A DNA stretch of 63,993 nucleotides, filler included, from Choristocarpus tenellus KU-1152 (Eukaryota; Protista; Phaeophyceae), in the NCBI GenBank assembly GCA_964200185.2. It is 13 parts of 13 records of this genome, joined end to end, with 100 filler letters (N's around TTAATTAATTAA, not from the genome) between each part and the next. Parts side by side here need not be neighbours in the genome. Positions count along the whole stretch, not along the records: positions 37,674 to 41,634 come from CAXNAD020016918.1; positions 41,735 to 49,686 come from CAXNAD020005346.1; positions 49,787 to 52,773 come from CAXNAD020023127.1; positions 52,874 to 56,736 come from CAXNAD020017515.1; 9 more parts are not named here. One strand, given 5' to 3'. Shown here piece after piece: positions 40,765 through 53,409 of this stretch (positions are counted from its first letter, which is position 1; each line of letters starts with the position of its first letter). The notes beneath the pieces were generated by a model. The model was given only the letters and a program-made list of their open reading frames with translations, was not told the origin of the DNA and searched no databases. Both the position numbers and the translations under genes were made by a program.

Positions 40765-40970
40765 GAATGAGAGTACCTTAGAGGGTAGGAGATTTGCCCT
40801 GTTTGTCCATTTGAGGCCTGGCTTCCCATGTTTTTTTTTATGACATTTACCTACTCCGAAACATTTCGGAGTAGGTAAAATGTATACATATGAAAATTGT
40901 GTCCGAAACATAGGTATTGACACCTCCTAACAAACACGATAGCTAAAATTACATCAAAATCGCAACATTC
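40765..40970 (-). mobile_element. MITE family B, truncated copy; a further B-type end at about 41388-41443
   Basis: Matches the family B body including the internal hairpin at 40846-40879; the second end reads ACAAACAGGGCAAATCCTGTACCCTCTTAGATACTTTGGCTC. Confidence 0.85.
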
Positions 40971-41491
40971 TATCAGCCTGGGGGCCAATGACAGGTACAT
41001 GTTTTATACTTTATGGTTTAGATCAAGACAGAAACGTTTACATTCAGAGGTTTGGCGCACAAGAGGACACTCCTCCCCCAGAACATAGGGATCAATCGAG
41101 AGTAACACGGAGACAGTATAGCCAGGAGATCTTTTCAGCACACATCCCAACACTTTCAAAAATGTCAACAGATTGAATGTACCTAATTTTAGACCACGAA
41201 ATACTTCATCCATTATATGATCACCCAACAAACACCCAACACAACATTTTCTTCTGTATTTCAAAATATAAGAAGGAAAAAATGAAGACAATTGCTTTAA
41301 AATCATTACTTGCATACATTTTGACAACTTCGAAACACTGAAAACCACCAAAAAATCATGAAAAAGTCGTAGATCGCCGACATATTGCAAGCCCCAAAAT
41401 GACAAACAGGGCAAATCCTGTACCCTCTTAGATACTTTGGCTCTAAGCAGGTTCTCTCCTACTCATCAAAAACGTCTTATTACTCTCTTCT

Positions 41492-41634
41492 GACCCAAAG
41501 TATCTGGGAGGGGGGTGGTGTCTACAGCAGGGTGGGTGTCCATTTGGACCAAAATCAGGAAAAGTGCATTTACAGTATCTATCCGACGTATGCAACCAAA
41601 TAACCCAAAAATCGCGACATACAAAAATTGACCC
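41492..41634 (+). mobile_element. MITE family A, truncated at contig end
   Basis: GACCCAAAGTATCTGGGAGGGGG..GTGTCCATTTGGACCAAAATCAGGAAA.. Confidence 0.9.
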
Positions 41635-41734
41635 NNNNNNNNNNNNNNNNNNNNNNNNNNNNNNNNNNNNNNNNNNNNTTAATTAATTAANNNNNNNNNN
41701 NNNNNNNNNNNNNNNNNNNNNNNNNNNNNNNNNN

Positions 41735-44129
41735 CTGTGCATGGACGTACCCATCAGATTCGCCTTCACCTCCAGGTGATTGATTCCATCTGAGAACCCT
41801 GCACGGGGGGGGGGGGCAATGCTAAGCCTGTATATTAAATGTTAAAAAATAAAAAAATAAAAAAAATGCGATACTGTGATAGAGTCAGTGTGAAGAGGGT
41901 TTGGCGAGATGCTTACACATTTTAACGTGATCGAAGATGGAACATTTGGAACGGCTACGTATTTTACACTGTGTGTATTTATTTTTGTTTATCAGAATCT
42001 GTGAAGTTTTGGAAAAAAAAAAAAAAGACAGTTGCATATGGTCAGGTGCTCACCCTGATAGTATTTGACAGAGAGAGATGATGTGTGTCCACCTCCCTCT
42101 CCTGAGCAACTCGCCGTGTTTTTTGGGTTTTTTTCGTGTTAAAAGGGTGTCAAGAGTCGTTGCTTTGTTTTTTTTTTATCTTTTTCTGTATACCATTTTT
42201 GTATTAGTATTGGCGGTACTGTTGTATATTGAGAGGCAAAGGCACTAAAAAAAATGCTCTTGAGGTGTGTTAAATATACTTACTGCAGTGTGTGCTGTGT
42301 TGGTTGGAGCGATCACGACCTAATTTTGTTCGTTGATTTTTTTTTTCTCTCTCTAGAATAGTGATACCTCGGTTGATGTGGGTAGAATAAAAAAATAACC
42401 TCTCTTTGATCACGTACTTCTATGTGGTGGGTGGTTTAATTTGAATATTGTATTTTGCCTGGACCGTACCTTTTTTTTTGTTCTGTCTTTGTCCTCTGGG
42501 TTAGGGTTGGGGTGAGCTTGTCAAGGGTTGAGGTGGTTTTGTTGTTATATTATTATTGGTAGGATTTCTTTGGTGCCCATAGAATGGTCTCTCATTTCAC
42601 CCCTGGTTGTTAGCACAGAGTGCTTTCTTGATTGAGTCCAACGTGTTTTGACAGCACCCCTGTTGAATCACAGACAGTTCTTGTTCTTCCATCCTGTTTT
42701 TTTGGTTGTGTACTATTTAATGATACTACTTACTACTCCCCTGGTTGGAACTCCTTTTTGAAAATGATTCCTTTTTTTTAATCGTTAGTGGGTGGGTCAC
42801 CCCATAGCCAACGATCCTTGCTATGGAGGGGACATGTACTTTGGTGACCCGGAGGGTAAAGAAAGAGCAAGGACCAGTGACCTGCCCAGGAGTTGGAACC
42901 GGGCATCAGGAAAGATGACACAAGGTGGCCTGGATGAAGGGAATGTCAACGATAAGGATGGTGATGACCAGCATGGGAGTGGGAGTTTCAAGAGCCCTGA
43001 TGGGGACAAGAAAGGTAGCTGGTACAACCACGACAAAGAGAGGGTTGAGCCTGAGGAGGGTATTTCAGGACTATCAATAGGTGGAGGGGAAGGGGACATG
43101 TGGGTGGGGCAACGGGAAGATGAGGATGAGAGTGCTTTCATGGTGAGAGACCAGGCTGTAAATTGCTTTGGGATTGTTTGGGTTGTGGTGTTGTTTGTAT
43201 ATTTGATGCAATGGTAATTGGTATTTCGAAGGCAAGTCGTGGATGTTCCACTGTAGGGGCACAACAAATGGTGTAGTGGCTTAAGAGGTTTTATGATGGT
43301 GTGTGAAGCAGGTATTTACTTTAGTATGTTTTGCTCTTTTGGCAGAGAGGTCCTCAAATCTGGTTGTGTGTACTGTGAATATATTTTTTTTTTTCTTTTT
43401 TATGATATACAGGAACGTACCTGCATTCAGTGCCAAGGTGGAGAAAATTTCAAGGAAACACAGCTGCACTGTTCCGGGATCTGGCTTCATGCGCTACAAT
43501 ACGAGGTTTGGTCACAGGGGTGCTTAGTTTTGGTTTTGCTTGAAGAATGCTGTCTGTGTGTTATGGAATACACCAAATTGAACTTTCAATAGACGCTGTA
43601 TTTCATTGAGAGTTATCTTATTTTTGTTGTGAATTGTGAGGTTTTGTGAGTAGGTGATGGAAATGGAAATGTACGTTCAGGACATGTAAGGCGCAAGACA
43701 GTATCCGACCAATCGAATGCTTAGATTTTGATATTTGATTGCTCTCATCCATCCAGTTTGTTGATTGCATTGGTTGTTTGTGTACAATTCGTGTTGGTAC
43801 CTGCTTTAAATATTGAATTAGATTTAAATGGCATAGAATGTTCCGCAGCGGTGTGATGATACACTACTACTCTTGCTGTTTGTATTTTTTTTCTTTTATG
43901 TGTATTTTACGAAATGTTAATAGTTGAGATTCCACTCCCTCTAACTTGTACCCCTTGACATGAATATGATGTCCAACCAAACATTTTGCCAGCAAACAAG
44001 ATGTGCACTTGTAGCTAGATTTATTTCATGCCTCCCTATCTTTGCTGCTCTTTTCTGACCTGTGTCTATGTATGAAAGGGGGATGGCTGGACCTTCACAA
44101 CAAGACCACCGCCTTGGTCAGTCCTGTGA
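41735..44129 (+). CDS. RluA-family RNA pseudouridine synthase (RPUSD2/Pus9-like), 3' exons 41735-41775, 42789-43142, 43413-43505, 44079-44129
   Basis: Spliced translation VHGRTHQIRLHLQ|WVGHPIANDPCYGG..|ERTCIQC..IWLHALQYE|GDGWTFTTRPPPWSVL*; GRTHQIR.H, GHPI.ND..Y and LHA are RluA motifs. All junctions are GT-AG in phase 0. Confidence 0.93.
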
Positions 44130-45229
44130 TGATGCCTTCGTGTGCACTCATCAGCAGATGATGAATGAGGCATACAACAGAGTGGTTGGTATCATCCAAC
44201 TGTAACACTAGTGGAAAGTGCTAAGTCCCACCGTCAAACTTTATACTCTATGTGGTTCTCTACATATTGAGGCCTAACTCAGCTTCTTAAATGGTCTACT
44301 AATGTAGTCACTCTGAATGCACTTTGACATGCACATCAAGAACTGAGTAATGTGATGCAGATAGACTTTTGTCCTACAATTTGCTTGAAATTTTAATATA
44401 AACCTCTCGTTCCAGAGACTTTTGCTGAACATCTCTTCAGCTCTGAGACTCGACTCTCCAGCACATCACACCCTCATCTTAGCTTTGGTTCACTTGCCTG
44501 CCAACTAACTGACTGCCAAGTCAAAGATAGTGGTTTGAGGTTTCCAAGGTAGCAGTTTTCACAAACCGCAAAATTCCGGTAGAAACTTGAATCAATGCTA
44601 CCTATACACGATAATGTACCTTGAACTGCATCATTGTAGTAAAATCTGCTGGTGTGGTCCACCTCGAAATGCTAAAAAAAGTCACCACTAATGAACATAT
44701 TTTATGTGTAATGAATAAAAGCACTTGTTGGGACCTTAATTTCTTGAACTTTTTTTCTCCTGGATGGTTTGCAGGAAGAGACTTCATGCATATATATTGC
44801 ATGCTAACCTCCTCTCCTGTGAGATAATAGTCAATTTGAACGGCTAGAGAGTTAAATGCTCATTTCACAGAGAAAAGAACAGAAGTAGCTCAAGGAGGCG
44901 GTTTTGTGGTCCTGAAGACATTACAATACAGTACTGAATGTCAGTAATCAGAGTGCATGTGCAGGAGTGTTCAGCTGTCTGTAATCTCTACAGCAACTAC
45001 ATGCTTCAATTCTATATGACATGGAGTTGGCTCTCAACAAATTACTTGGCATGCATACACACACCTCTGTGCAGAGATATTGATATGATTTACTTCACTA
45101 TATCCATGTCTACTACAATCTGAAAGGAATGTAAAAATAGAGGAGGCTTGTACCTACTGCTGTAGACAACAACTTAGCCTTCGAATCGGCAAGGCTTTGG
45201 TCTTGTTCCTTACACACAATGTAAATAAT

Positions 45230-45420
45230 TCAAAATTTAGACACGGTTATAAATATCTGGTGTCGATATCCTTAATCTGGATATATTTTTCATCGTTGCA
45301 TAGATTTTAGGTAACTGTGTTCACACACAAAACCGAAACGGGCATAAAAACCCCCTGGGAAGTCAATCCCCAAACGAACAAACAGGGCAAAACACCTACC
45401 TGCACAAATGCTTCGACTCA
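45230..45420 (+). mobile_element. MITE family B, old degenerate fragment
   Basis: GTGTCGATATCCTT..CTGGA and TGGGAAGTCAATCCCCAAACGAACAAACAGGGCAAAA match the family B body. Confidence 0.6.
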
Positions 45421-45454
45421 AAGTTGATTAGGTATTGTTTTGTAAGACATAACT

Positions 45455-45623
45455 GGTTCAAAGTATGTAGGGGGGGGTCTAGACCAGGGTGTCCATTTGG
45501 ACCTGACCAGGAGAAGAGACCTTACATTATCCATCCAGTGCATACAACCAAATCACCCAATTGCAACATGAAAAAATGGACCCTGAAGGGACAGTCACCA
45601 CCCCCCTCAGATACTTTTGAGCT
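45455..45623 (+). mobile_element. MITE family A, near-full copy
   Basis: GGTTCAAAGTATGTAGGGGGGGG ... CCCCCCTCAGATACTTTTGAGC; no clear TSD. Confidence 0.88.
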
Positions 45624-46769
45624 GCTTCATATGAATTTTCTAATGCTCTTCTTGAAGGTATCTGATTTATTGATAGGAAAAAGTTACCTGTTTGTGCTTC
45701 TGGTATGGTAGTCTAGGAAGGAAGTCTCTATGTATATGTTCAACTGACAAATAGGAGCATTATTTTTCAAGGCAATTTTCCTCCATGCACTGAATGAAGA
45801 TGAATGCCAACCCCACATGCATTGTCATGCCAACCCATTCTAACCATTTGCAGCCCAAAAGATGCACAAGATACTCGTCCTACAACACTCGTAGGACAAA
45901 CTATATTGGAAGTTAAGGGTATCCCAGTTGTAAGCATGTACCACTGTCGATATTTCCTCTTCAACTTCAGATCCATACATATATATATACATACACAAAC
46001 ATGTTCACATCAAAAAACAGTGGACATACCAAAATAACCACATCAGAGTGTGAAGTGCTAAGTGTTGAACATGCCTATCGGAAACCACTGCTGTTGTGAA
46101 TTGTAGTTGCTACGATTGGATAAAAAGAAGTGAAAAATCGAGACAAAATATACCCAGAAAATCTTTTTCTCATTACTCGCGCGAACGGGTGCTGCGCGCG
46201 GTCCTCACAGAGGTTACCGTTTCGGGCACCTCAATTTGTGCACTGTCCAGACATGACTGGAACAAAAAAATACACTGGGTATCCATCAGGTGGTCATTGA
46301 CTCACACATACAGTTCAAAAGAAGTTGACATTGGATCACAATATGCACTACCTACACAGCAGTATCATGTGGACACCTGTCAAAGATTTATTTAAAAAAA
46401 AAGGTAACCCTGTGTGTGTATTCATTCATTGTTGACTCAAATAATAATCAATGACCTGACTAAACCAACGACCCATTCCCACAAGCAAGAGTTCAGGCAT
46501 CATCATAGTTCCCAACAAAACGACCACCCACCAAGAGAAAAAAAACAAAATCACACGTACAAAAAAGAGACACAAAACAACACTACAAAACACTACACAG
46601 GAAAAAAGGGACAAAGTCTTACACATACATTAAAATCATCTGGCCCCAATGGACACACTCAAAATGGACAATTCACATGCTTGCAGTACACCATCACTGC
46701 GAAGCTCCCTCAACACCACCATGACAAACAGATATCAACAGGGACAACACCTCAGCAGGGTTTAAGCTG

Positions 46770-47227
46770 CTATCGTTCCCAACCCCTCTTTCCCCCAGAT
46801 CGGCCAGTACTTGGTGTTGTCAGAGGTGAGGAGCAGGGCCACATACAAACAGTGTGGTCCCAGCCAGCGGTAAGCACGGCCCGTTCTGTCTTGGCAACGC
46901 ATGAGATACCCCCCCCTGAACCACCCCGCCCCCCCCGACCCCCCAACCCCTGTCCTGGGCGGGCTCCCGGTTTCCCAACCCCCTCTAGCATAGAAGAATC
47001 CTGCATGGATTCAAGAGTTGATTTCAATGAGAGGCGAAGTTTTAGCTTGAAAGTGTGCAACACTGTCAAAGATACGCATGCCTGGTGTGTATAGTACGTT
47101 ACCATTTAAATTGATCCTGGGTCACATACACACGCCTCACCAGATAACCAAGACATGCTTGTTCACCCCCTGTTTGGAGTAGTGTGATTTTGGTTTTTAA
47201 AAAGCTGTTACTAGAACAGACTCATAT

Positions 47228-47268
<41 letters not shown>

Positions 47269-49522
47269 CAGGCATACACGTTATCTGCCCTATACAGTTA
47301 TGTAACCCCTCCGTGAAAGAGACAGCTTCAAAGGGCACTTCTGTTGGAGAGAGCAACACGAGATGAAAATGGGTCTCTGAAAAGTTTTTCATGTCCCCGT
47401 CATCAGCAAAATCTTTCGCCAAATATGAAAGAGAAATAGGAAAACAGGGTGAAGGGTGAAGGGTGAGAGGTGATCGCGGCATACTTCAAAGTGCCTTAGG
47501 GTTAGGGTTAGATAGAGAATTATCAAAGGCAAAGCAGGTGCATCATCATGATCAGCAGTAGGATGTTCTCACCTCCCTTCCTCCCTTGAGGTCAACTACA
47601 GTTCAGTTTCCTCCCCTTCAGAACACCCATAAGTTCACCATCCACCCATGAATAATCTCCACACCTACTACGGATATTTTACCACACCATTGTTCAATCT
47701 ATAACACTAAACCCACCTCGCTGCAAGAATACAGGCAATCTGCACCCCCGACCAAGCATGTCACACGATCTCCATGTCCCCTCAATGTCCTGGTTGGTCC
47801 TCTTGCTGAAGACCTGACGTCCCACATCATGACACTTCCATCTGCTGACCCACTAGCCAGAACATTGGAGTTTGTTTCCATTTGCTGAAAAGGAGGGGGT
47901 TGGGGGGGTTGGGGTGGAGGGGGGGTACAATAGGAAAAAAAGAAAGTTAAGGTTTTGTTTATATTAATTGGTATCACAAGGAACAAAACTTAAAGATCAA
48001 ATAAATTTAAGGAGAGGCAAAGAAGAGGGGACAAACCATCACCTACAGAAACAACTAACCGGCAAGATCAGTATTAGATTACATCTCAACAGTACAGCTC
48101 TCAAAAGGTTAAAAGATCTTCGACACATAAGAACACACAGAAACAATGTAACTTGCCTGAAAAATCCCCCCACACAGCACAATTTTCTGATACTATTGTA
48201 TTGGACACCACTTACACCAACATATTCCAATTACCGTCCCCCACCTTCCTCCAATAGAAATATCTGACCACAATCATCAAACATCCATGAATCACACTCC
48301 TATTTGGTCTATTGGGTGTCACATCCCCCCCCCCACATGAGGCTCACATATGCACAGGTAACTGGGCCAGTATGCCCCTGAAGCACTCCCACAGAACCCT
48401 TGAACCTGTGGTCCCATGTTCTCAGCGTACGATCATTGGAACAGCTGACAGCCAACGTAGGACTTAACTGAAGTACCGCCTGAGCAATATCAAGGAGATG
48501 GCGAAGATGGCGGAAAAGAGAGTGGGAAGAGAATATAACTAAAAATATATATGGAGCATGTGCACCATACTAGTGTATGGCAATGTCACCCTCGGTGGTG
48601 ACGAGAGGCAAACGATATATTTGGTCATGGAGTAACTAATAGGGTAACCATGTGGAGCAAAAAAAAAAGCCCTGAGAACAAAAAATGAGAAAGGTTCAGT
48701 ACGGAGTTGCTAGAGAAGGGAGGAAGGGGGTAGAGAGGGGACCAGGGTTATTAGCCCTGCTCGACGAGGTCACTTTAGATACTGTTAACACATTTTGTGC
48801 TACACAGTTGCCATGGTCCCTCACCAGTCCCACCTGATAAATTCAATACACCCGAAATGCAAACATACCAATAACAAAACAGCCTTAACAAATGTCCACC
48901 CAAGGATAGATAGATAAGAGTCACAAATATCACATTCAGGGATGCGTGAATCACATGTGTCGAGAGGATGAAACAACCGAAAACATTCAGTCATTCAGGA
49001 TGATAGGGGATAGGGGTTTTGCCCTGTTAGCCCGTTCGAACCTTTCGCTTCCCACTTTTATTTCTTAAAATTCTATTCTTCTGTTTCGTGTGTGAACACT
49101 AACCCTAACCCTAAACTTAACTGTATAAAACTATGAAAAGGTGTGTCCGGAGCAAGGATATTGACGCTTGCTAACAAACACAATAGCCAAAATTACATCG
49201 AAACCGCATGCGTTCAATTTATGACCCCAAACGGACACTGCCCTACCCTCTACAATTCTTTTGAGTCAAACCAGTCCGAGCAGGGACAATGCACATCTCC
49301 ATGATACGCCTTCCAATGCCACTCGCTGCCTCCAGGTAGAACTAACACAGACATGCATCAATTTCAAAGTCCCTTTCCACTGTTATCACTCATGTACTCA
49401 AGTGTACTTAATTCCCTCTCCTCTCCTCTCCTCACCTCGACAGAGTTCTTATGGCCAGAGAACTTTCTTAAGGCCTTGCAGCCTGTGACCTGGTTGATGT
49501 CCCATAGGCGAACTGTGCAATC
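46770..49522 (-). CDS. WD40-repeat protein, 3' exons 49436-49522, 48348-48479, 47717-47884, 46770-47000
   Basis: Phase-0 GT-AG exons: DCTVRLWDINQVTGCKALRKFSGHKNSVE|AVLQLSPTLAVSCSNDRTLRTWD..GHTGPVTCAY|QMETNSNVLASGSADGSVMMWD..GHGDRVTC..SCSE|DSSMLE..LTAGWDHTVCMWP..*. Confidence 0.9.
49005..49267 (-). mobile_element. MITE family B, degenerate intronic copy
   Basis: GAAAAGGTGTGTCCGGAGCAAGGATATTGAC..AACAAACACAATAGCCAAAATTACATC. Confidence 0.8.
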
Positions 49523-49786
49523 CTGCAAATACAGCAGGGCACAACACGCACCATGAGGAGTGAGATCTTATGTAAGGGGAGGGGGCAGGGTGTGTGTGTG
49601 GGGGGGGGGGGGGGGGGGGGGGGGGGCTCCAAACAAATTTATCATATACGCTTAATCTTAATAATATCGGAAAAACCCAAGAATTANNNNNNNNNNNNNN
49701 NNNNNNNNNNNNNNNNNNNNNNNNNNNNNNTTAATTAATTAANNNNNNNNNNNNNNNNNNNNNNNNNNNNNNNNNNNNNNNNNNNN

Positions 49787-49845
49787 GACATAAAAAAATT
49801 GACCCCAAATAGACAGCCGCCACCCCCTCCCAGATACTTTGAGCC
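49787..49845 (+). mobile_element. MITE family A right end at contig start, abutting the Copia RT
   Basis: GACCCCAAATAGACAGCCGCCACCCCCTCCCAGATACTTTGAGCC. Confidence 0.88.
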
Positions 49846-51057
49846 TCAATGATATGCACAGCATAACCAGCCCCTGATTTTTCAGCCATCAGCATGTCAT
49901 CCACATGGACAATCATGATCATCACCGTCTCACCATCCACAATCGTTCTCAACAGACATGGATCTGCCTCAGATTGTTCCAAGCCCAGCTCCAGAAAAGT
50001 TTCCACCAGCAGAAAATTCTAGTTGTTCTAGTCCCTCCTTGGACCTCTGCACTCTCCCTTTGCCATCCATCTTCCTCGGTCAAAAACCATCTTTGTCCCT
50101 AGTGCCTTGTGACCATCAGTGGAGCGAGGTACTTGAATCCACACTCCCCAGCTATCCAGATCATCCACTTCTTCATGAATAGCAGCTTTCCACAGAGGCC
50201 ACTCCTCACACTCTGTCGCTGCTCTCATGGTCTTAGGTTCTGGTGGGAGGGGTTTATCTTTCCCACCCGCAAGTAGACCTGCCAGCCTTCGCTCATACCT
50301 TAGTGTCCGTTCCGATAGTTCACCAGGTTCAGATGGGGGGTCGTGGTTATGATCCACTAGTCGCAGTAAAAATTTCCACCACACCCCTGCTGTGACGTAG
50401 GTGGATCCATACCACCAGCACCAGTATTCAGCATCCCATCGGTACTTTCATTTTTCAAATCCAAACCCACTTATTCCGAAGACACGCCTTTTGAAGTCTT
50501 TTCCTCTGGAGTCTCTTTTTCCGATCCCAAAGAAATTTTCTCCAGCACCAAATCTTCAGTGCTCGGCCCAAAGTCGTCTTGTTTCTCCTCCAAGATTCCA
50601 ATACTCCTAGTGGGTTTCATTCCCCCACTCAACCCCCATGGGGCATTGACAAATGCTCCCGCCCCACCCTGGGCGAGCTCATCAAATGCTGCAACATCCT
50701 CCTCTGACGTTGCTTTCGGACTAGTTGACCCCCCTGGATCAAACTCTGGCGGAGCCATCTTTGGGGTAGGTACCTCCCCCCCCAAAATCCCCTCTGGGAC
50801 AATGGCATTAACTCTAACCCCTCAAGGGAAAGTGTACTAATCGCTACTTCATCCTCCTCTGATATAGTAGCCTCCAACATCATTCCTCCAAACCCCTCTT
50901 GGGCGAGATCGAAATCTCTAACCCCAGAGTGGGTTTGGTCGATACCTCCAGCTTCATCCTGTGCAAAATCGAATCTTCCAACCCCTTCCTGGGCGAGGTT
51001 ATCAGATGCCACAACATCCTCCTCTGAAGTTGCGTTTGCTCCAGTCGATCGCTCCAG
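49846..51057 (-). mobile_element. Ty1/Copia LTR retrotransposon remnant (integrase-RT linker and internally deleted RT)
   Basis: EPKTMRAA..WKAAIHEEVDDL..GVW..V..ALGTKMVF and LGLEQSEADPCL..IVHVDDML are Copia RT motifs; the segment between them is missing. Confidence 0.9.
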
Positions 51058-52406
51058 ATCTACAGAATCGTGGGGAGCCATCAGATTTGGCCACAATAGT
51101 AACAGGACTACCCCAAGGGCTGGCACGTTTTTCAATAATGCCTTGCTCTTCCATAGTATTAACACATGAGTCAATTACGTTTTGAGTACGGGGGTTTGCT
51201 CTGTAAGGGTTCCTGTCAACAGGTTTCGTACCAGGCTCTATAGGAATTTTTGCTTCAGGTAGAGTACATCTGCCTAGTTCGGCTGCATTCAACGAAAATA
51301 CCGATCTATAACGAGCACAGAGGTCAAAAAGCTGAGACACTTGTGACTGATTGAAGGTGGTATCTTTGAATGCGTTTGACGTATTGAAGGCTTGATGTAA
51401 CTCCTCTCTAGCTTTACTGAATGGAGCAGAATCAGTAATTAGAGCACTAATAGTGATTGGTATCTGATCAGAAATTGGGGTTAAGTGATATATCACAAGA
51501 TGCTTCTTGATACGTACTTTCCGTGTTGGATTTGCCATTGAACCAATACTGATCTATTACTTGCTGACCAAGTACTGAGGGTGCGAGCAGCTAAGATACG
51601 ATTCCATGGGCGTGTGTAGATTCAGTGGTTTGATCTACAGCAGGCATGGAGTGTATAACTGGCTCCACTACCACGGCAGTATCCAACGATGGACTAGTAT
51701 CAGTTGTGCAACGTTCGATGATTTCATGATCAGGTGGTATGTTATACTGTTTATGTGCACGAACGGGTACAGGGTCAAAATCATGTTGCACTCTCACCAC
51801 AGAGCACGAAGGAGTGGTACTGGTGTCACGTACTTGAGTGGGGCTCCTTGTCGTGTGATGTCTTGCTGAAATGGTAGACGAACTGTTGTGGAGTAAAAAG
51901 CGTTGTTCTTGCCAATCAAGGATTGCACCGAAGGCCTGCATAACACTATTATCAAGCAGAATTTTATCGGTACCAAGTTGGGGAATCACTAAAGCTTCAA
52001 CTGGCAATGTGGTGTCACCCAGTGTAAGTGCAAAACGAATAAATCCACAGATATGCAATGATGAACCATTTGCTGTACGAAGATTTAGTGCACCAGGTTG
52101 GATAGGATGCAAATCAAAACGTTTCAGTTGAGGGTGATTTCGAACAAATATTTCTGAAATACATGGTACATCACTAGCTGTGTCAATAGTCAAGTCATTT
52201 TCTTCTTGTTCTTCAATGGTGCTAGATACACGAACCCTTTGAAAACGATAAGGGTTTGGGCATGGGTGGGTATCTGCACAGAAAACTGTTGAACCAAGTT
52301 TCATTATTATTACATGTGGTTGAACTAATGGCAAAGAAAAATGCTTAGTATCACGCGTGCAGGGAATAAACGATGCCTGCAGGGCAAGGGGTGTGACTGG
52401 TGTCAA
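51058..52406 (-). mobile_element. Ty3/Gypsy LTR retrotransposon remnant (aspartic protease and RT N-terminus)
   Basis: IDTAS..TANGS..ILL protease pattern; LGRC..I..PV..PYR..MEEQGIIE..SPWGSPVTIVAKSDGSPRFC RT start. Confidence 0.92.
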
Positions 52407-52873
52407 CCTCTGACGCTTGCCACTCCCTACGATGGTGTCAACAACACCATGACTGTTCCCAGGTGGACAGGAGTCAAATCCACCTGGGCACCCCTAGGGA
52501 CGAGGTTCACAATGGTCCGGTACTGACTGTCTATCTTCATGAACGCGACTCCCACAACCCCTGCCTCTATGACGCAAGCGTGGCAAACGATGTTGAGAAG
52601 CTTGGCGCACATAAGGCTCATCGCCGGAAGCTAGCAGTTGAATTACATGGTAAAGCACACACTGAATTATTAATTGCCCGTCAACCATCCATCATCACTG
52701 ACGTGTGGATTAATGTTGACTTATTATATTTTATGTATGTATGTACTCTGTATCATACCTAACCAAACATAAANNNNNNNNNNNNNNNNNNNNNNNNNNN
52801 NNNNNNNNNNNNNNNNNTTAATTAATTAANNNNNNNNNNNNNNNNNNNNNNNNNNNNNNNNNNNNNNNNNNNN

Positions 52874-53409
52874 GAGTGAAAGCATCTTAGAGGGTACGAT
52901 TTTTGCCCTGTTTGTCCGTTTGGGGCTTGGCTTCCCACGTTTTTTTAAAAGACATTTTCTTACTCCGAAATATCTTAGAGTAGTAGGTGAAATATTTATG
53001 TTATGAAAAGGTGTTTATGGAACAAGGATATTGACACTCCTTAACATACAAAACAGCCAAATTTTAATCAAAATCGCAACATTGGATTTTGCCCCAAACA
53101 AACAACAAACAGAGAGCCAAAGTATCTTAGAGGGTAGAGTTGCGTCCATTTGGGGGCCAAAATCCAACATTTCGATTTGGACATAATTTTGGTCATCTTG
53201 TTTATTAGGATGTATCAATGCCCATGTTCTGGACACACCTGTTCATAACATTCACATTTTACCTACTACTCCAAAAGATTTTGGAGTAGGAAGGTGTCAC
53301 AAAAAAACCCACGGGAAGCCAAGCCTCAAATGGAGAAACAGGGCAAAACGCGTACCCTCTAAGATACTTTCACTCAGACTCGACCCTAACCTCTAAGATA
53401 CTTTGAATC
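52874..53409 (-). mobile_element. MITE family B copy split by a nested family B copy
   Basis: GAGTGAAAGCATCTTAGAGGGTA start; the body breaks near 53113 and resumes at 53376 to CCTCTAAGATACTTTGAATC. Confidence 0.88.
53114..53375 (+). mobile_element. MITE family B, nested full copy
   Basis: GAGCCAAAGTATCTTAGAGGGTAG ... TACCCTCTAAGATACTTTCACTC; AGA on both flanks. Confidence 0.93.

Noticed and set aside
40765-41443. Single composite element bounded by two B-type ends
   Set aside because: Flanks TGAA and TAAG do not form a TSD; more likely two independent fragments.
46414-47094. 226-aa plus-strand ORF
   Set aside because: Antisense to the last WD40 exon and its low-complexity 3' UTR.
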